DNA of 64,000 bases from assembly GCA_043101615.1 (NCBI GenBank), contig JBICID010000101.1, positions 16,206 to 80,205 of the forward strand. The letters run 5' to 3'. Within the stretch, counting starts at the first letter, position 1, and each line of letters starts with the position of its first letter. The notes under the pieces are model-generated. The model did not search any database, had not been told where the DNA came from, and saw nothing but the letters and a program-made list of their open reading frames with translations. A program made the translations under genes and the position numbers. This document shows positions 26,604 to 35,441 of the stretch, piece by piece. This DNA is from Phycisphaerales bacterium JB040 (lineage in GTDB: Bacteria; Planctomycetota; Phycisphaerae; Phycisphaerales; UBA1924).

Positions 26604-28393
26604 GCGACCCGAGGATCCTCAGGCAGCTCCAGCAGGCGCACGAGAAGTTCGCGAAGGGGCGTGTGGACGAGGCGATCGCGGGCGCCCGGCGCGCGATCGC
26701 GAAGGCCCCCGGGCACCCCGAGGGCGCCAGGCTGATCTGCCAGATGCTGCTGACCCGCGGGCGTGTGGACGAGGCGCGGTACGCGCTCGAGGGCGCCCTC
26801 CGGACACACCCCGAGCGTGCGGACCTGCACCTGCAGGCCGGCGAGGTCGAGGCGATGGCCGGCGGGCACGCCCCCGCGCTCGGTCACGTCGAGCGGGCGT
26901 TGGAGCTGTCCCCGGGCCTGCCCCGGGCCCTGGCGGTCCGCGGGCGGTTGCTGCTCGGGGCGGGGCGACACACCGAGGCCGTGGCGGATCTCCGCGCCGC
27001 GTCCGAGGAGCTGCCCGACGAGCCGGAGCACCGGTCGAATCTCTCGATGGCGCTGCTGGCGACCGGGCACGCGCCCGAGGCGTGCGACCTGCTGCGCGAG
27101 CTGTGCCGCGAGCGGCCCGCGTTCCTGCCGGCGCGGGCGGCGCTCGCGCAGTCGCTCAACTACCACCCGGACGCCTCGCCCGAGGAGATCGCCGAGGCGC
27201 ACCGGGCGTACGGACGCCTCGCCGAGAGCCAGGTGAACGAGCTCGCCCCGGACCCGGGCGCGCTCAAGGGAGACGGACCGGTCCGCGTGGGGTTCCTGAC
27301 GCGCGACCTGCGCCGGCACTCGTGCGCGTACTTCCTGCTGCCGATCCTGGAGCACCTGGACCGCGCCCGCTTCGAGCCCGTCGCGTACATGGACGACCCG
27401 CACGCCGACGACCTGACCGAGGTCTTCCGGGGACGGTTTGCGCTGTGGCGCGAGACGGCCCGGCTGAGCAACAGGGACCTCGCCGACACGATCCGCAAGG
27501 ACCGCGTCGGGCTGCTGCTCGACCTGGGGGCCCACTTCTTCGGCAACCGATTGGCGGTGATGGCCCACCGCCCCGCACCCGCCAGCGCGACCTACCTGGC
27601 CTACCCCAACACGACCGGCCTGTCGCGCGTGGACGCCCGGATCGTGGACGGGCTGACCGACCCCGAGGGGGGCGAGAGGGGGGCGGACCCCTTCGCGACC
27701 GAGACGCTGGTGCGGCTCGAGGCGCCGCTGTGGTGCTACCGCCCGGACACGGGCCTGCCCGAGCCCGGGGCGTGCCCGGACGGGCAGGCGTTCACCTATG
27801 CGAGCTTCAACGATCTCAAGAAGATCAACGGCCCACTGCTGGACGACTGGGCCGAGATCCTGACCAGGGCCCCCGGCACGCGCCTGCTGCTCAAGACCGG
27901 GGCGCTGGGCGACGACGCGGTCCGCGCGGAGCTGCGCGAGCGTCTCGCGTCGCGCGGCGTCGATCCGGACCGGTTCGAGCTGCTGGGGCACGTCGCGGAC
28001 CACGCCGAGCACCTGGCCCTGTACAGGCGGGCCCACGTCGCGCTCGACACCCACCCCTACTGCGGGACGACGACCACGCTCGAGGCGGCCTGGATGGGCG
28101 TGCCGACCGTGACGCTCGCTCCTGATGTCCCCCGTCACGCGTCCAGGGTCGGGCTGAGCCTGAACACGGCGCTGGGGCTGACGGACTGCATCACGGGATC
28201 ACGCGCCGAGTACGTGAACCGCGCGGTCGAGCTGGCAGAGTCGTTCCAGGCGGATCCCTCGCGGCTCAACACGCTGCGGGTGGGCCTGCGGGAACGGTTC
28301 GAGGGATCGCCCCTGCGAGACGAGGCGGGGTTTACCCGCAGGTTCGAGGCGGCGCTGGAGCGCGTCATCGAGCTCGCCCGCGGGCGCGCATAA
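26600..28393 (+). CDS. TPR-repeat protein fused to a GT41 (SPINDLY/O-GlcNAc-transferase-like) glycosyltransferase domain
   Basis: TPR-like helices at the N-terminus. The C-terminal half (VGFLTRDLRRHSCAYFLLP...SFNDLKKIN...LDTHPYCGTTTTLEAAWMGVPTVT) matches the bacterial SPY/OGT-like family. The ATG overlaps the dxr stop (ATGA at 26600-26603). Confidence 0.85.
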   Translation: MSDPRILRQLQQAHEKFAKGRVDEAIAGARRAIAKAPGHPEGARLICQMLLTRGRVDEARYALEGALRTHPERADLHLQAGEVEAMAGGHAPALGHVERALELSPGLPRALAVRGRLLLGAGRHTEAVADLRAASEELPDEPEHRSNLSMALLATGHAPEACDLLRELCRERPAFLPARAALAQSLNYHPDASPEEIAEAHRAYGRLAESQVNELAPDPGALKGDGPVRVGFLTRDLRRHSCAYFLLPILEHLDRARFEPVAYMDDPHADDLTEVFRGRFALWRETARLSNRDLADTIRKDRVGLLLDLGAHFFGNRLAVMAHRPAPASATYLAYPNTTGLSRVDARIVDGLTDPEGGERGADPFATETLVRLEAPLWCYRPDTGLPEPGACPDGQAFTYASFNDLKKINGPLLDDWAEILTRAPGTRLLLKTGALGDDAVRAELRERLASRGVDPDRFELLGHVADHAEHLALYRRAHVALDTHPYCGTTTTLEAAWMGVPTVTLAPDVPRHASRVGLSLNTALGLTDCITGSRAEYVNRAVELAESFQADPSRLNTLRVGLRERFEGSPLRDEAGFTRRFEAALERVIELARGRA

Positions 28394-28462
28394 CCGCGGT
28401 CTCACCCCCCCCCCCAGCGCCCCGAAGAGCCTGACTCAACCGGGGATCGAGCAGTGGGGGGG

Positions 28463-29281
28463 TCAGCAGCCGGCGAGGAAGGCGTTGACGAAGGCCCCGA
28501 TGTCGCCGTTGTCGATGATGCCGTCCACGGTGAAGTCGGCCGCCGGGTCCTGGGCCAGGAAGAGTGTGATGAAGGCACCGATATCGCCGTTGTCGACCAC
28601 GCCGTCGGCGTTCAGGTCCGGCGGGCAGGGCGGCTCGATCGGGCCGACCGAGATCGCGAACCCGACGGTGGAGAAGCTCGGCCCCTCGGCGACGATCCTC
28701 GCGGAGCGGATCACCGGGGCGGGAAAGTGCACGCCCTTGAAGTCGAGAAACAGCTTCAGATGGATGATGTCCGCGGTGTAGAAGTCCGCGAGCAGGGCCC
28801 CCTCGCCGTTCGGTGCGTCGAAGACCTGGATGCGGTCGCGGTCGTTCGGCGTCAGGCTGGTCGCGAACGGCCCGAGGATGGAGGTGCTGCCGAACGCGGT
28901 CAGTGGCTCGGAGAAGTTGATGATCAGGTCACCGGTGGTCGGTGACGGGTTGGCGTAGTCCCCGTCGAAGTCTCCCGGGTCGACCATCGGGTCGGGGGTG
29001 ATCCGGAAGGAGTCCCAGGTGCTCGGGGTGTAATTGATGCAGCCCGAGGGGAAGCGGTGATCGATGGTGAATTCGCTGTAGTAGGACGCCGTCACGATGT
29101 GCCCGGCGCCCGTGTCGATGGGGATCGAGTCGCGATAGTGCACGCCGCACGGTGAGGGGTTGTCGATGTCGTAAAAGACGGCGTACGGGATGTCTGAGAA
29201 GGAATCGACCACCGTGCCCTGGGCGCGGGCGTGGTTGTTGGTGATCACGACGACGGCCAAACCCGACACGAGCGTGCGCAT
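28463..29281 (-). CDS. secreted hypothetical protein with a C-terminal 54-aa GC-ending dockerin-like module
   Basis: Signal-like MRTLVSGLAVVVITNNHARAQG, with GGAGG upstream. The C-terminus is CPPDLNADGVVDNGDIGAFITLFLAQDPAADFTVDGIIDNGDIGAFVNAFLAGC-stop. Confidence 0.85.
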   Translation of the reverse strand: MRTLVSGLAVVVITNNHARAQGTVVDSFSDIPYAVFYDIDNPSPCGVHYRDSIPIDTGAGHIVTASYYSEFTIDHRFPSGCINYTPSTWDSFRITPDPMVDPGDFDGDYANPSPTTGDLIINFSEPLTAFGSTSILGPFATSLTPNDRDRIQVFDAPNGEGALLADFYTADIIHLKLFLDFKGVHFPAPVIRSARIVAEGPSFSTVGFAISVGPIEPPCPPDLNADGVVDNGDIGAFITLFLAQDPAADFTVDGIIDNGDIGAFVNAFLAGC

Positions 29282-29415
29282 GGGAAGCCTCCGGATGGAT
29301 CGCGCGAGTCTACCCATCCGTGCGCTCGCTTCCACCGGGTGCGCGGGGCTCGCCGTTCGAAAAACACGCGACGGACGGCGGGCGGACGGGGCCGATACGG
29401 TCGCGGTTCGTGTGT

Positions 29416-30834
29416 TCAGCAGCCGGCGAGGTAGGCGGTGACGAAGGCGCCGATGTCGCCGTTGTCGAGGATGCCGTCGCCGGTGAAGTCGGCCGCGAGG
29501 TCCGAGTCGAGGAAGAGCGTGACGAAGGCGTTCAGGTCGCCGTTGTCGAGCACGCCGTCGGCATTGATGTCGGGCGTGCAGACGGTCTCGCACGAGTCGG
29601 CGACGCCGTTGTTGTTGTCGTCCACGGGGTTGGCCGAGACGATGCGTCGCAGCTCGCCGCTGCCGTAGAGCGCCATGTACATCTCGCCGGCGAGGTCCTC
29701 GCCGAAGGAGGTCAGCTCGAACCCGCCCGGCCCGATCTGGTTGGTGAGGTTCTGGAAGTCGGTGCGCGAGACGCCGTCGGTCTTGAGTGCCCAGACCTGT
29801 CCGGTGCAGTAGTCGCCGAAGAGGTACCAGCCGTCCAGCTCGGGCGCGGCGCACCCGCGGTAGACGTACCCGCCGGTGATCGACGCGCACACCTTGCCGA
29901 CGTGCGTGTAGTCGTGAACAGGCTCGGTCAGCGTCGACGGGTCGGGGCAGTTGCCGGTGTTGAAGTCGAAGGTGCCCTCGCGGCAGCGCCAGCCGTAGTT
30001 CTCGCCGCCCACGCTGGACGCGCCCTGAAAGTTGACCTCCTCGCGCGCGTTCTGCCCGACGTCGGCGATGTACAGGTCGCCGGTCTGGCGGTCGAAGCTG
30101 TTCCGCCACGGGTTGCGCAGCCCGTAGGCCCAGATCTCGTCGAGCCCGCTCACGCCCACGAACGGGTTGGACGACGGGACAGCGTAGTTGCGCGCGTTGT
30201 CGGCTGGGAAGTCGTCCCCGTCCACGTCGATCCGCAGCATCTTGCCCAGCAGCGTCTCGAGGCTCTGCCCGTTGCCGACGTCCGGGTTGTGCCCGGCGCC
30301 CGTGTCCCCGCTGCCGCCCCCGTCGCCCGAGGCTATGTACAGGTACCCGTCCGGGCCGAAACCGAGCCACCCCCCGTTGTGGTTCGCCTGCGGCTGCCCG
30401 ATCCGCAGCAGCTCGCGACGGGACGAGGCGTCGGCCCGCGTCGCGGTCAGCGGGTCCCCGTCGGCGGCGTACTCGGCCAGCACCGACGTCCCCGAGAGCT
30501 CGGTGTGGTAGATGTAGAACAGCCCGTTCTGCTCGAACTGCGGGTGGAAGGCCAGCCCCAGCAGCCCCTGCTCGCTGACGGTGCTGGTGCTCGAGGCGAT
30601 GTCGAGGTAGCTCGCCCCCTGCACCTGCCCGCTCGCCAGGTCCACCAGCCGGATCCGCCCCGCCTTCTCGAGCACGTACAGGCGGCCCGCGTCCCCGGGC
30701 GCGTGCGTCACGAACGTCGGAGAGCTCAGGCCCGTCGCGACGGTCTCGGTCGACAGGTCGAGCTGGGCCGACGCGAGCGACGAAGAAACGGCGAGCGCGG
30801 AAGCGGCGAGCACGGTGCTGGGTCTGCGGGGCAT
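29416..30834 (-). CDS. PQQ-dependent (soluble) sugar dehydrogenase-like beta-propeller with a C-terminal GC-ending dockerin-like module
   Basis: GLLGLAFHP, NHNGGWLGFGPDGYLYIASGDGG, GLRNPWRNSFD and the LYIADVGQN blocks are typical of the sorbosone/glucose dehydrogenase family. Signal-like MPRRPSTVLAASALAVSSSLASAQ. The C-terminus is CTPDINADGVLDNGDLNAFVTLFLDSDLAADFTGDGILDNGDIGAFVTAYLAGC. Confidence 0.88.
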   Translation of the reverse strand: MPRRPSTVLAASALAVSSSLASAQLDLSTETVATGLSSPTFVTHAPGDAGRLYVLEKAGRIRLVDLASGQVQGASYLDIASSTSTVSEQGLLGLAFHPQFEQNGLFYIYHTELSGTSVLAEYAADGDPLTATRADASSRRELLRIGQPQANHNGGWLGFGPDGYLYIASGDGGGSGDTGAGHNPDVGNGQSLETLLGKMLRIDVDGDDFPADNARNYAVPSSNPFVGVSGLDEIWAYGLRNPWRNSFDRQTGDLYIADVGQNAREEVNFQGASSVGGENYGWRCREGTFDFNTGNCPDPSTLTEPVHDYTHVGKVCASITGGYVYRGCAAPELDGWYLFGDYCTGQVWALKTDGVSRTDFQNLTNQIGPGGFELTSFGEDLAGEMYMALYGSGELRRIVSANPVDDNNNGVADSCETVCTPDINADGVLDNGDLNAFVTLFLDSDLAADFTGDGILDNGDIGAFVTAYLAGC

Positions 30835-30925
30835 GGTCCCTCCCTTGGAATGGTGCCAGCCCAAGGCTACACGACAACCCGGACCGCTCCAAGGGAATTC
30901 GCAAACCGGAGGTGCGTGTCCGTGC

Positions 30926-32722
30926 TCAGCACCCCGCCAGGAAGCGCTCCACGAACGCGTGTATGTCGCCCTGGTCCACCACGCTGTCGCCGTTCACGTC
31001 GGCCCAGCGCGAGCCGGACAGGAACTCGCTCACGAAGCCGCTGATGTCGCCCAGGTCGAGCACGCCGTCGCCGGTGAACTCGGCCGGGCAGAAGTAGGCG
31101 TTGGGTGTGGCGAGCACGAGCGCCTCGGTGGTGTCCTCAAAGCGGACGGAGAGCAGGACCTGCTTGTGCGCGTTGGCGGAGGCCGGTCGCCCGTGGTGGC
31201 GTCCGTCCGACGGCGTGACGAACACGGCGTCGACGATCCGCACGTCGCCGGGGCCGACCTCCAGCGCGTCGCCGTGACGGAGGATGAGGCGCGGGCGCGG
31301 GGCGGCGTCGGACATCACCGCGGCGTACCCCTCGCCCAGGTCGTCCTCCACCCAGCACCACGCCGCGACGTGCCCGTCTCCGAGCGCCGCCATCGGCGCG
31401 AACGTGAACAGGTCCCAGTTGGCGACGAGGCCGGCGAGGGGCTCGAGGTCGATCGGGACACGGCGCTCGTTCATCAGCCAGCGTTCGTCTCCGCCCTGCG
31501 TGCGCTCGATCAGCCCGTCCATGAGGTCGAGCACCTCGTCGTCGGCCTGGACCATGATGAGCACGTTCCCGTCCTCGTCGGTCTGGTAGTCGCCGATGTG
31601 CTTCACCTCGTCGCCGGGAGCGCCCCCGGGCACCGGGTCGCCCTCCTGCTTGAGCACGCTCAGCACCCCGGCGTTCCACTCCAGCAGCACGTAGGAGCCG
31701 AAGTTGGTCGCCTCTTCCCGGGCCGCGGCGAAGAAGACGATGCGCTGCTCGCCCGCGAACAGCGGGCGGTTGGTCGCGCTCTGGCCCTGCGGGTAGGTCA
31801 GGCTCTGCAGGTAGCGGGGCGGGTCGTACCCGGGCACCTCGTCCCCGCTGATCGCGACCGGGTTCCCGCCCGTGGCCGGGCGGCTGGTGAAGATGCCCGA
31901 GCCCGGCGCGGTCCCGCCGTCCTCCAGCAGGCGAGCGTCCCACAGCAGGCGCCCGTCGCCGCTGGCGCTCAGCGTCCCGAACGCGTGGTAGTTCCAGGCC
32001 GTTTCGCTTCCGAACACCGGGGCCGCGTCGCCGGTCCGGGCCAGCTCCTCGCCGAACTGCCCGTCCGCGGTCACCAGGGCGATCGCGTCCGAGCCGTCGG
32101 CGTAGTTGACGATGACCCCGAGCGAGCCGTCCCGCCCGTACACGACCGGGTCGTTGCGCCCGCGGATGTTCCTGTCCAGGTCCTCGCCCGGGGCGATCCC
32201 GGTCGGCGGGTTCCACGGGTCGAACAGCACGGACGGCTGGTTGTCGTCGGTGCGCCGGAAGACGACGCGGCGCTGGTCGCTCTGGTCCGGGTTGGAGACG
32301 TACGCCGCGAACGCCGCGTCCGCGTCGGACTCGCTGAAGAACAGGTCGAACGGGAAGGTCCGGTCGAGCAGCATGACCTCGCCGGCGACCAGCCCCGGCG
32401 CGGTGTCGCCCTGCTGCGCGATCGCGGAGAGGGCGAGCGGCGCGTTCGGATCGCCCCGCATCAGCACCGCCTCGCCCGCCTGCTCGGTCAGCACGGGGTC
32501 GAAGAGCTGCGCGCCGAACATCGCCCCGGACCGGTCCGAGAGTTCCGGCAGGTGGTAGGACCGCACCCGGTCCACGCCGACGCTCTCGAAATCGAAGCCG
32601 GGGACGGGCGCGCCCTCGGGCAGCCGGGTCGAGGCCACCACGTCCAGGTCGAACGCACGCGGCGGGGGCGTCGCCATCGCCTGGCCCACCACACACGCCA
32701 CGACCGCTGTCTGTGTCCGCAT
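30926..32722 (-). CDS. secreted hypothetical protein (598 aa) with a C-terminal GC-ending dockerin-like module
   Basis: Start at MRTQTAVVACVVGQAMA, with GGGAGGG upstream. The C-terminus is CPAEFTGDGVLDLGDISGFVSEFLSGSRWADVNGDSVVDQGDIHAFVERFLAGC. Confidence 0.8.
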   Translation of the reverse strand: MRTQTAVVACVVGQAMATPPPRAFDLDVVASTRLPEGAPVPGFDFESVGVDRVRSYHLPELSDRSGAMFGAQLFDPVLTEQAGEAVLMRGDPNAPLALSAIAQQGDTAPGLVAGEVMLLDRTFPFDLFFSESDADAAFAAYVSNPDQSDQRRVVFRRTDDNQPSVLFDPWNPPTGIAPGEDLDRNIRGRNDPVVYGRDGSLGVIVNYADGSDAIALVTADGQFGEELARTGDAAPVFGSETAWNYHAFGTLSASGDGRLLWDARLLEDGGTAPGSGIFTSRPATGGNPVAISGDEVPGYDPPRYLQSLTYPQGQSATNRPLFAGEQRIVFFAAAREEATNFGSYVLLEWNAGVLSVLKQEGDPVPGGAPGDEVKHIGDYQTDEDGNVLIMVQADDEVLDLMDGLIERTQGGDERWLMNERRVPIDLEPLAGLVANWDLFTFAPMAALGDGHVAAWCWVEDDLGEGYAAVMSDAAPRPRLILRHGDALEVGPGDVRIVDAVFVTPSDGRHHGRPASANAHKQVLLSVRFEDTTEALVLATPNAYFCPAEFTGDGVLDLGDISGFVSEFLSGSRWADVNGDSVVDQGDIHAFVERFLAGC

Positions 32723-32806
32723 CGCCGAACCCTCCCGGTGCTCCGGACCCATGCTACCGGCGACGGCGGGGCGTGCCAACGGAATTCCGGAGCGGTCGAG
32801 GCGATT

Positions 32807-33712
32807 TCATCCGCCGGACTGGAGCCGGCGCCGACGGAGCGCGGGGCGCTCGTGGATCGCGGTCGAGCCGCCCACGGCCGCGTCCAGGTCTCGCACCGGC
32901 CCGAGGGCGATCCGCTCGGCCGCGTGCTCGGCGTTGGGCTTGGAGTACTCGCACCCGATGAAGCTCCGCCCCATCGCGTGGGCGACCACGCCCGTGGTGC
33001 CGCTGCCCAGGAACGGGTCGAGCACGAGCATGCCGGGGTCCGAGCAGGCCGCGACGACGCGGTGCAGGTAGACCTCTGGGAGCTGGTTGTCGTGCTTGTG
33101 CCGGCGTTCCTTGTTGTTGCCCTGGATGCGTCCCCAGTACTCGCCGTACCAGACGTCCATGGGCACGCGCAGGCCGGCGGGCATGCCGTCCTTCTTGGAC
33201 TCGGTGCGCGGGTCGGCGTAGACCGCCCGCCGGTCGGAGGTCTCGACCACCGCCTCGGGGTTCCACACGCGGTTGGCCCGGTCCTTTGCGAAGTACAGCG
33301 CGTGCACCTTCGAGTTGATGAAGCGGCGCTTGGTGTTCTGCCCGAACCGGTAGTGCCAGATGCACCAGTTCACCATGTCCAGCCCGCGCGACTTGAGGTG
33401 GACCACGATCTCCGCGGCCCAGCTGTCCGGGATGTTGACCCACATCGAGCCGTGCGGCGCCAGCCCGTCCACGCACAGGTCCAGCCAGTCGCGTGTGAAC
33501 GCGAGGTACTCGTCCTCTGACATCGAGGCGTCGTCCCACGCGTCGCCGGTCTGGTGCCGGTCGTAGTCGCGGGCCCAGTTGAAGGGCGGGTCGGCGAAGA
33601 CCAGGTCGAGCCCGCCCGAGGCGACCTCCGGGATCTTCGGCAGCAGCTCGCGACAGTCGCCCCGGTAGATCCGCGTCGTGCAGTCGGCGTGGGCCCGGTT
33701 CGGGATCGACAT
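32807..33712 (-). CDS. site-specific DNA methyltransferase (N4/N6, beta-class motif order), orphan
   Basis: Motif IV FADPPFN lies near the N-terminus and motif I DPFLGSGTTGV near the C-terminus. No endonuclease gene lies next to it. Confidence 0.9.
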   Translation of the reverse strand: MSIPNRAHADCTTRIYRGDCRELLPKIPEVASGGLDLVFADPPFNWARDYDRHQTGDAWDDASMSEDEYLAFTRDWLDLCVDGLAPHGSMWVNIPDSWAAEIVVHLKSRGLDMVNWCIWHYRFGQNTKRRFINSKVHALYFAKDRANRVWNPEAVVETSDRRAVYADPRTESKKDGMPAGLRVPMDVWYGEYWGRIQGNNKERRHKHDNQLPEVYLHRVVAACSDPGMLVLDPFLGSGTTGVVAHAMGRSFIGCEYSKPNAEHAAERIALGPVRDLDAAVGGSTAIHERPALRRRRLQSGG

Positions 33713-33865
33713 CGGGCTCCTGATGGTGCCGGCGCCGGTGAACGGCTTCCTGCGCCGCCCGGCGCGCTCGCCGGGCGCACGGGTGTGTGATGTGCCGGTG
33801 GCGTGTGTCCTAGGGTGGGTGCAATATAGCGCGTGGCGCGCGCCCGCGCCACCGGGGACGCCCTG

Positions 33866-34729
33866 TCAGCCCGCTGATCGGCGCAGGGGGTCGTCCGCGG
33901 GCGTCGCGTCCCCGTGCGCCGTCGCCTCGGCGCGGATCTCGCCCAGCATCGCCCGGGCACGATCTGCGGACACCCCGGCGGCGCTCGACAGCGCCCGCAG
34001 CGCGAAGCCCTCCGGGCACTCGGCCCCGACGCCGCGGGATTCGACCAGCAGCATCTTGATCGCGTGGCGCACGAACGCGTGGTCCGCCCCGCGTCGGTAC
34101 CCCACCCCCACCGTGTCCAGCCAGACCAGCCCGCCGTCCTCGCGCACCAGCACGTTGGAGGGCTTGGGGTCGCGGTTCCACACCCCCGCGCGCGCACACT
34201 TCGCCAGGTCCTCCCCCAGCCGGTCCGCCAGGGACGTGTCCGGCCCGGTTCCCAAGTCCGCGTCGCCCGACGCGATCGCCTCCAGCAGCGTGCGACCGCT
34301 CACCTCGGGCAGCAGCAGCACCTCGCAGCGGGTCTGGCGCGCCCCCAGGCGCAGGCGACCGCGCAGCAGCGCCACCGGGGTCGCCGGCGCGAGCCCGTGG
34401 CGTGCCAGCGTCTCGGCCCCGCGCCACTGGCGGTGGTGCTTGCTGAGCGCGAGCAGGCTCTTGAACCGCTCGACCGGGCCGTCGAGCGGGTTGAGCTTCA
34501 CCACCAGCGCGTGGCGAGCGGTCTCGCGCTTCGACCCCGTCGGCATGCTCAGGCGCAGCGAAAACACCGAGGCGTAGGACGCCCCGGTGTCGGGATGGGT
34601 CGTGGTCTTGAGGACCTGCGACTCGCCCTCCCGGATCGCACGCTCCAGCACGCCGGGGGGGTGGCCCCAGCCGGGCGCGTAGCGGGCCAGGCTCAGGTCC
34701 GTCGGGCGTGTGATCGGGTCGTCGGGCAC
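33866..34729 (-). CDS. protein-kinase-like fold protein (Kdo/WaaP lipopolysaccharide-kinase-like)
   Basis: The catalytic-loop-like NRDPKPSNVLV, followed by WLDTVG (DxG-like). The overall size of 287 aa fits. This is a by-eye call. Confidence 0.6.
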   Translation of the reverse strand: MPDDPITRPTDLSLARYAPGWGHPPGVLERAIREGESQVLKTTTHPDTGASYASVFSLRLSMPTGSKRETARHALVVKLNPLDGPVERFKSLLALSKHHRQWRGAETLARHGLAPATPVALLRGRLRLGARQTRCEVLLLPEVSGRTLLEAIASGDADLGTGPDTSLADRLGEDLAKCARAGVWNRDPKPSNVLVREDGGLVWLDTVGVGYRRGADHAFVRHAIKMLLVESRGVGAECPEGFALRALSSAAGVSADRARAMLGEIRAEATAHGDATPADDPLRRSAG

Positions 34730-34769
34730 ACCGGCATGCTACCGGGCCGGCGCCCCCGTCCGCCCGGGC

Positions 34770-35243
34770 TCACGCGGACTTGGCGAACGTGCCCTCGCCC
34801 TCGCCGGGCATCGGGCGGGCGAACGCGCCGGGCACCGCGGCGGACACCGGGGCGTTGGCGTCGAACCCGGCGTCGCCCTTGGGGCTCGGGCCGTACTTGT
34901 TGGCGCCGGGCTGGCTGTCCATGCAGAACATCACCAGCAGCACCAGCGAGGCGATGATGTTCACGAACGGGACGAGCAGCGACAGCATCCAGAAGCCGCT
35001 CTTGCCCAGATCGTGCAGTCGGCGCACGCTCACGGAGAGCGAGGGCAGCAGGATCGCCAGGTTGAAGGCCCACGCCAGGAAGATCACCGGCGAGATCGAG
35101 TCCGCCGAGCTGGTCACCGCCCCGACGAGGCCCAGCCCGAAGAACACCACGACGTTCAGCAGCGTGAACGTCCAGTACTCGCTCCTGCGTGACCGCCCCT
35201 GAAAGTCCATCGTCCGCTTCCACGCCTGCAGGTACATCTCCAT
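34770..35243 (-). CDS. DUF805 family inner-membrane protein
   Basis: GRSRRSEYWTFTL...VRRLHDLGKSGFWML, the hallmark DUF805 motifs. AAGGAG lies upstream of the ATG at 35241-35243. Confidence 0.85.
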   Translation of the reverse strand: MEMYLQAWKRTMDFQGRSRRSEYWTFTLLNVVVFFGLGLVGAVTSSADSISPVIFLAWAFNLAILLPSLSVSVRRLHDLGKSGFWMLSLLVPFVNIIASLVLLVMFCMDSQPGANKYGPSPKGDAGFDANAPVSAAVPGAFARPMPGEGEGTFAKSA

Positions 35244-35441
35244 CGCACAGCTCCTTCGCCTGGCCGCGCCGTCGCCCCGCCCGACACCGGGCGCGCGCCG
35301 TCGCCGAAACTCTCCACGAACATCGGGAATCGTGGCGCCCCCCGCGACGCCCCCGGGCAAACGCCTCCAGATCGCCCGCCACGCGCCGCCCTGCGCGGGT
35401 CGCCCGGATGACCGGTGCCCCGATAACCCGGGGCGGGGGGC

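Noticed and set aside
33833-33852. The hairpin gtggcgcg-cgcc-cgcgccac downstream of the kinase-fold gene, considered as an intrinsic terminator.
   Set aside because: The stem is good (8 bp), but the minus-strand tail (gcuauauugc) has no real U-tract. It could equally belong to the promoter region of the methyltransferase gene. I did not annotate it as a feature.
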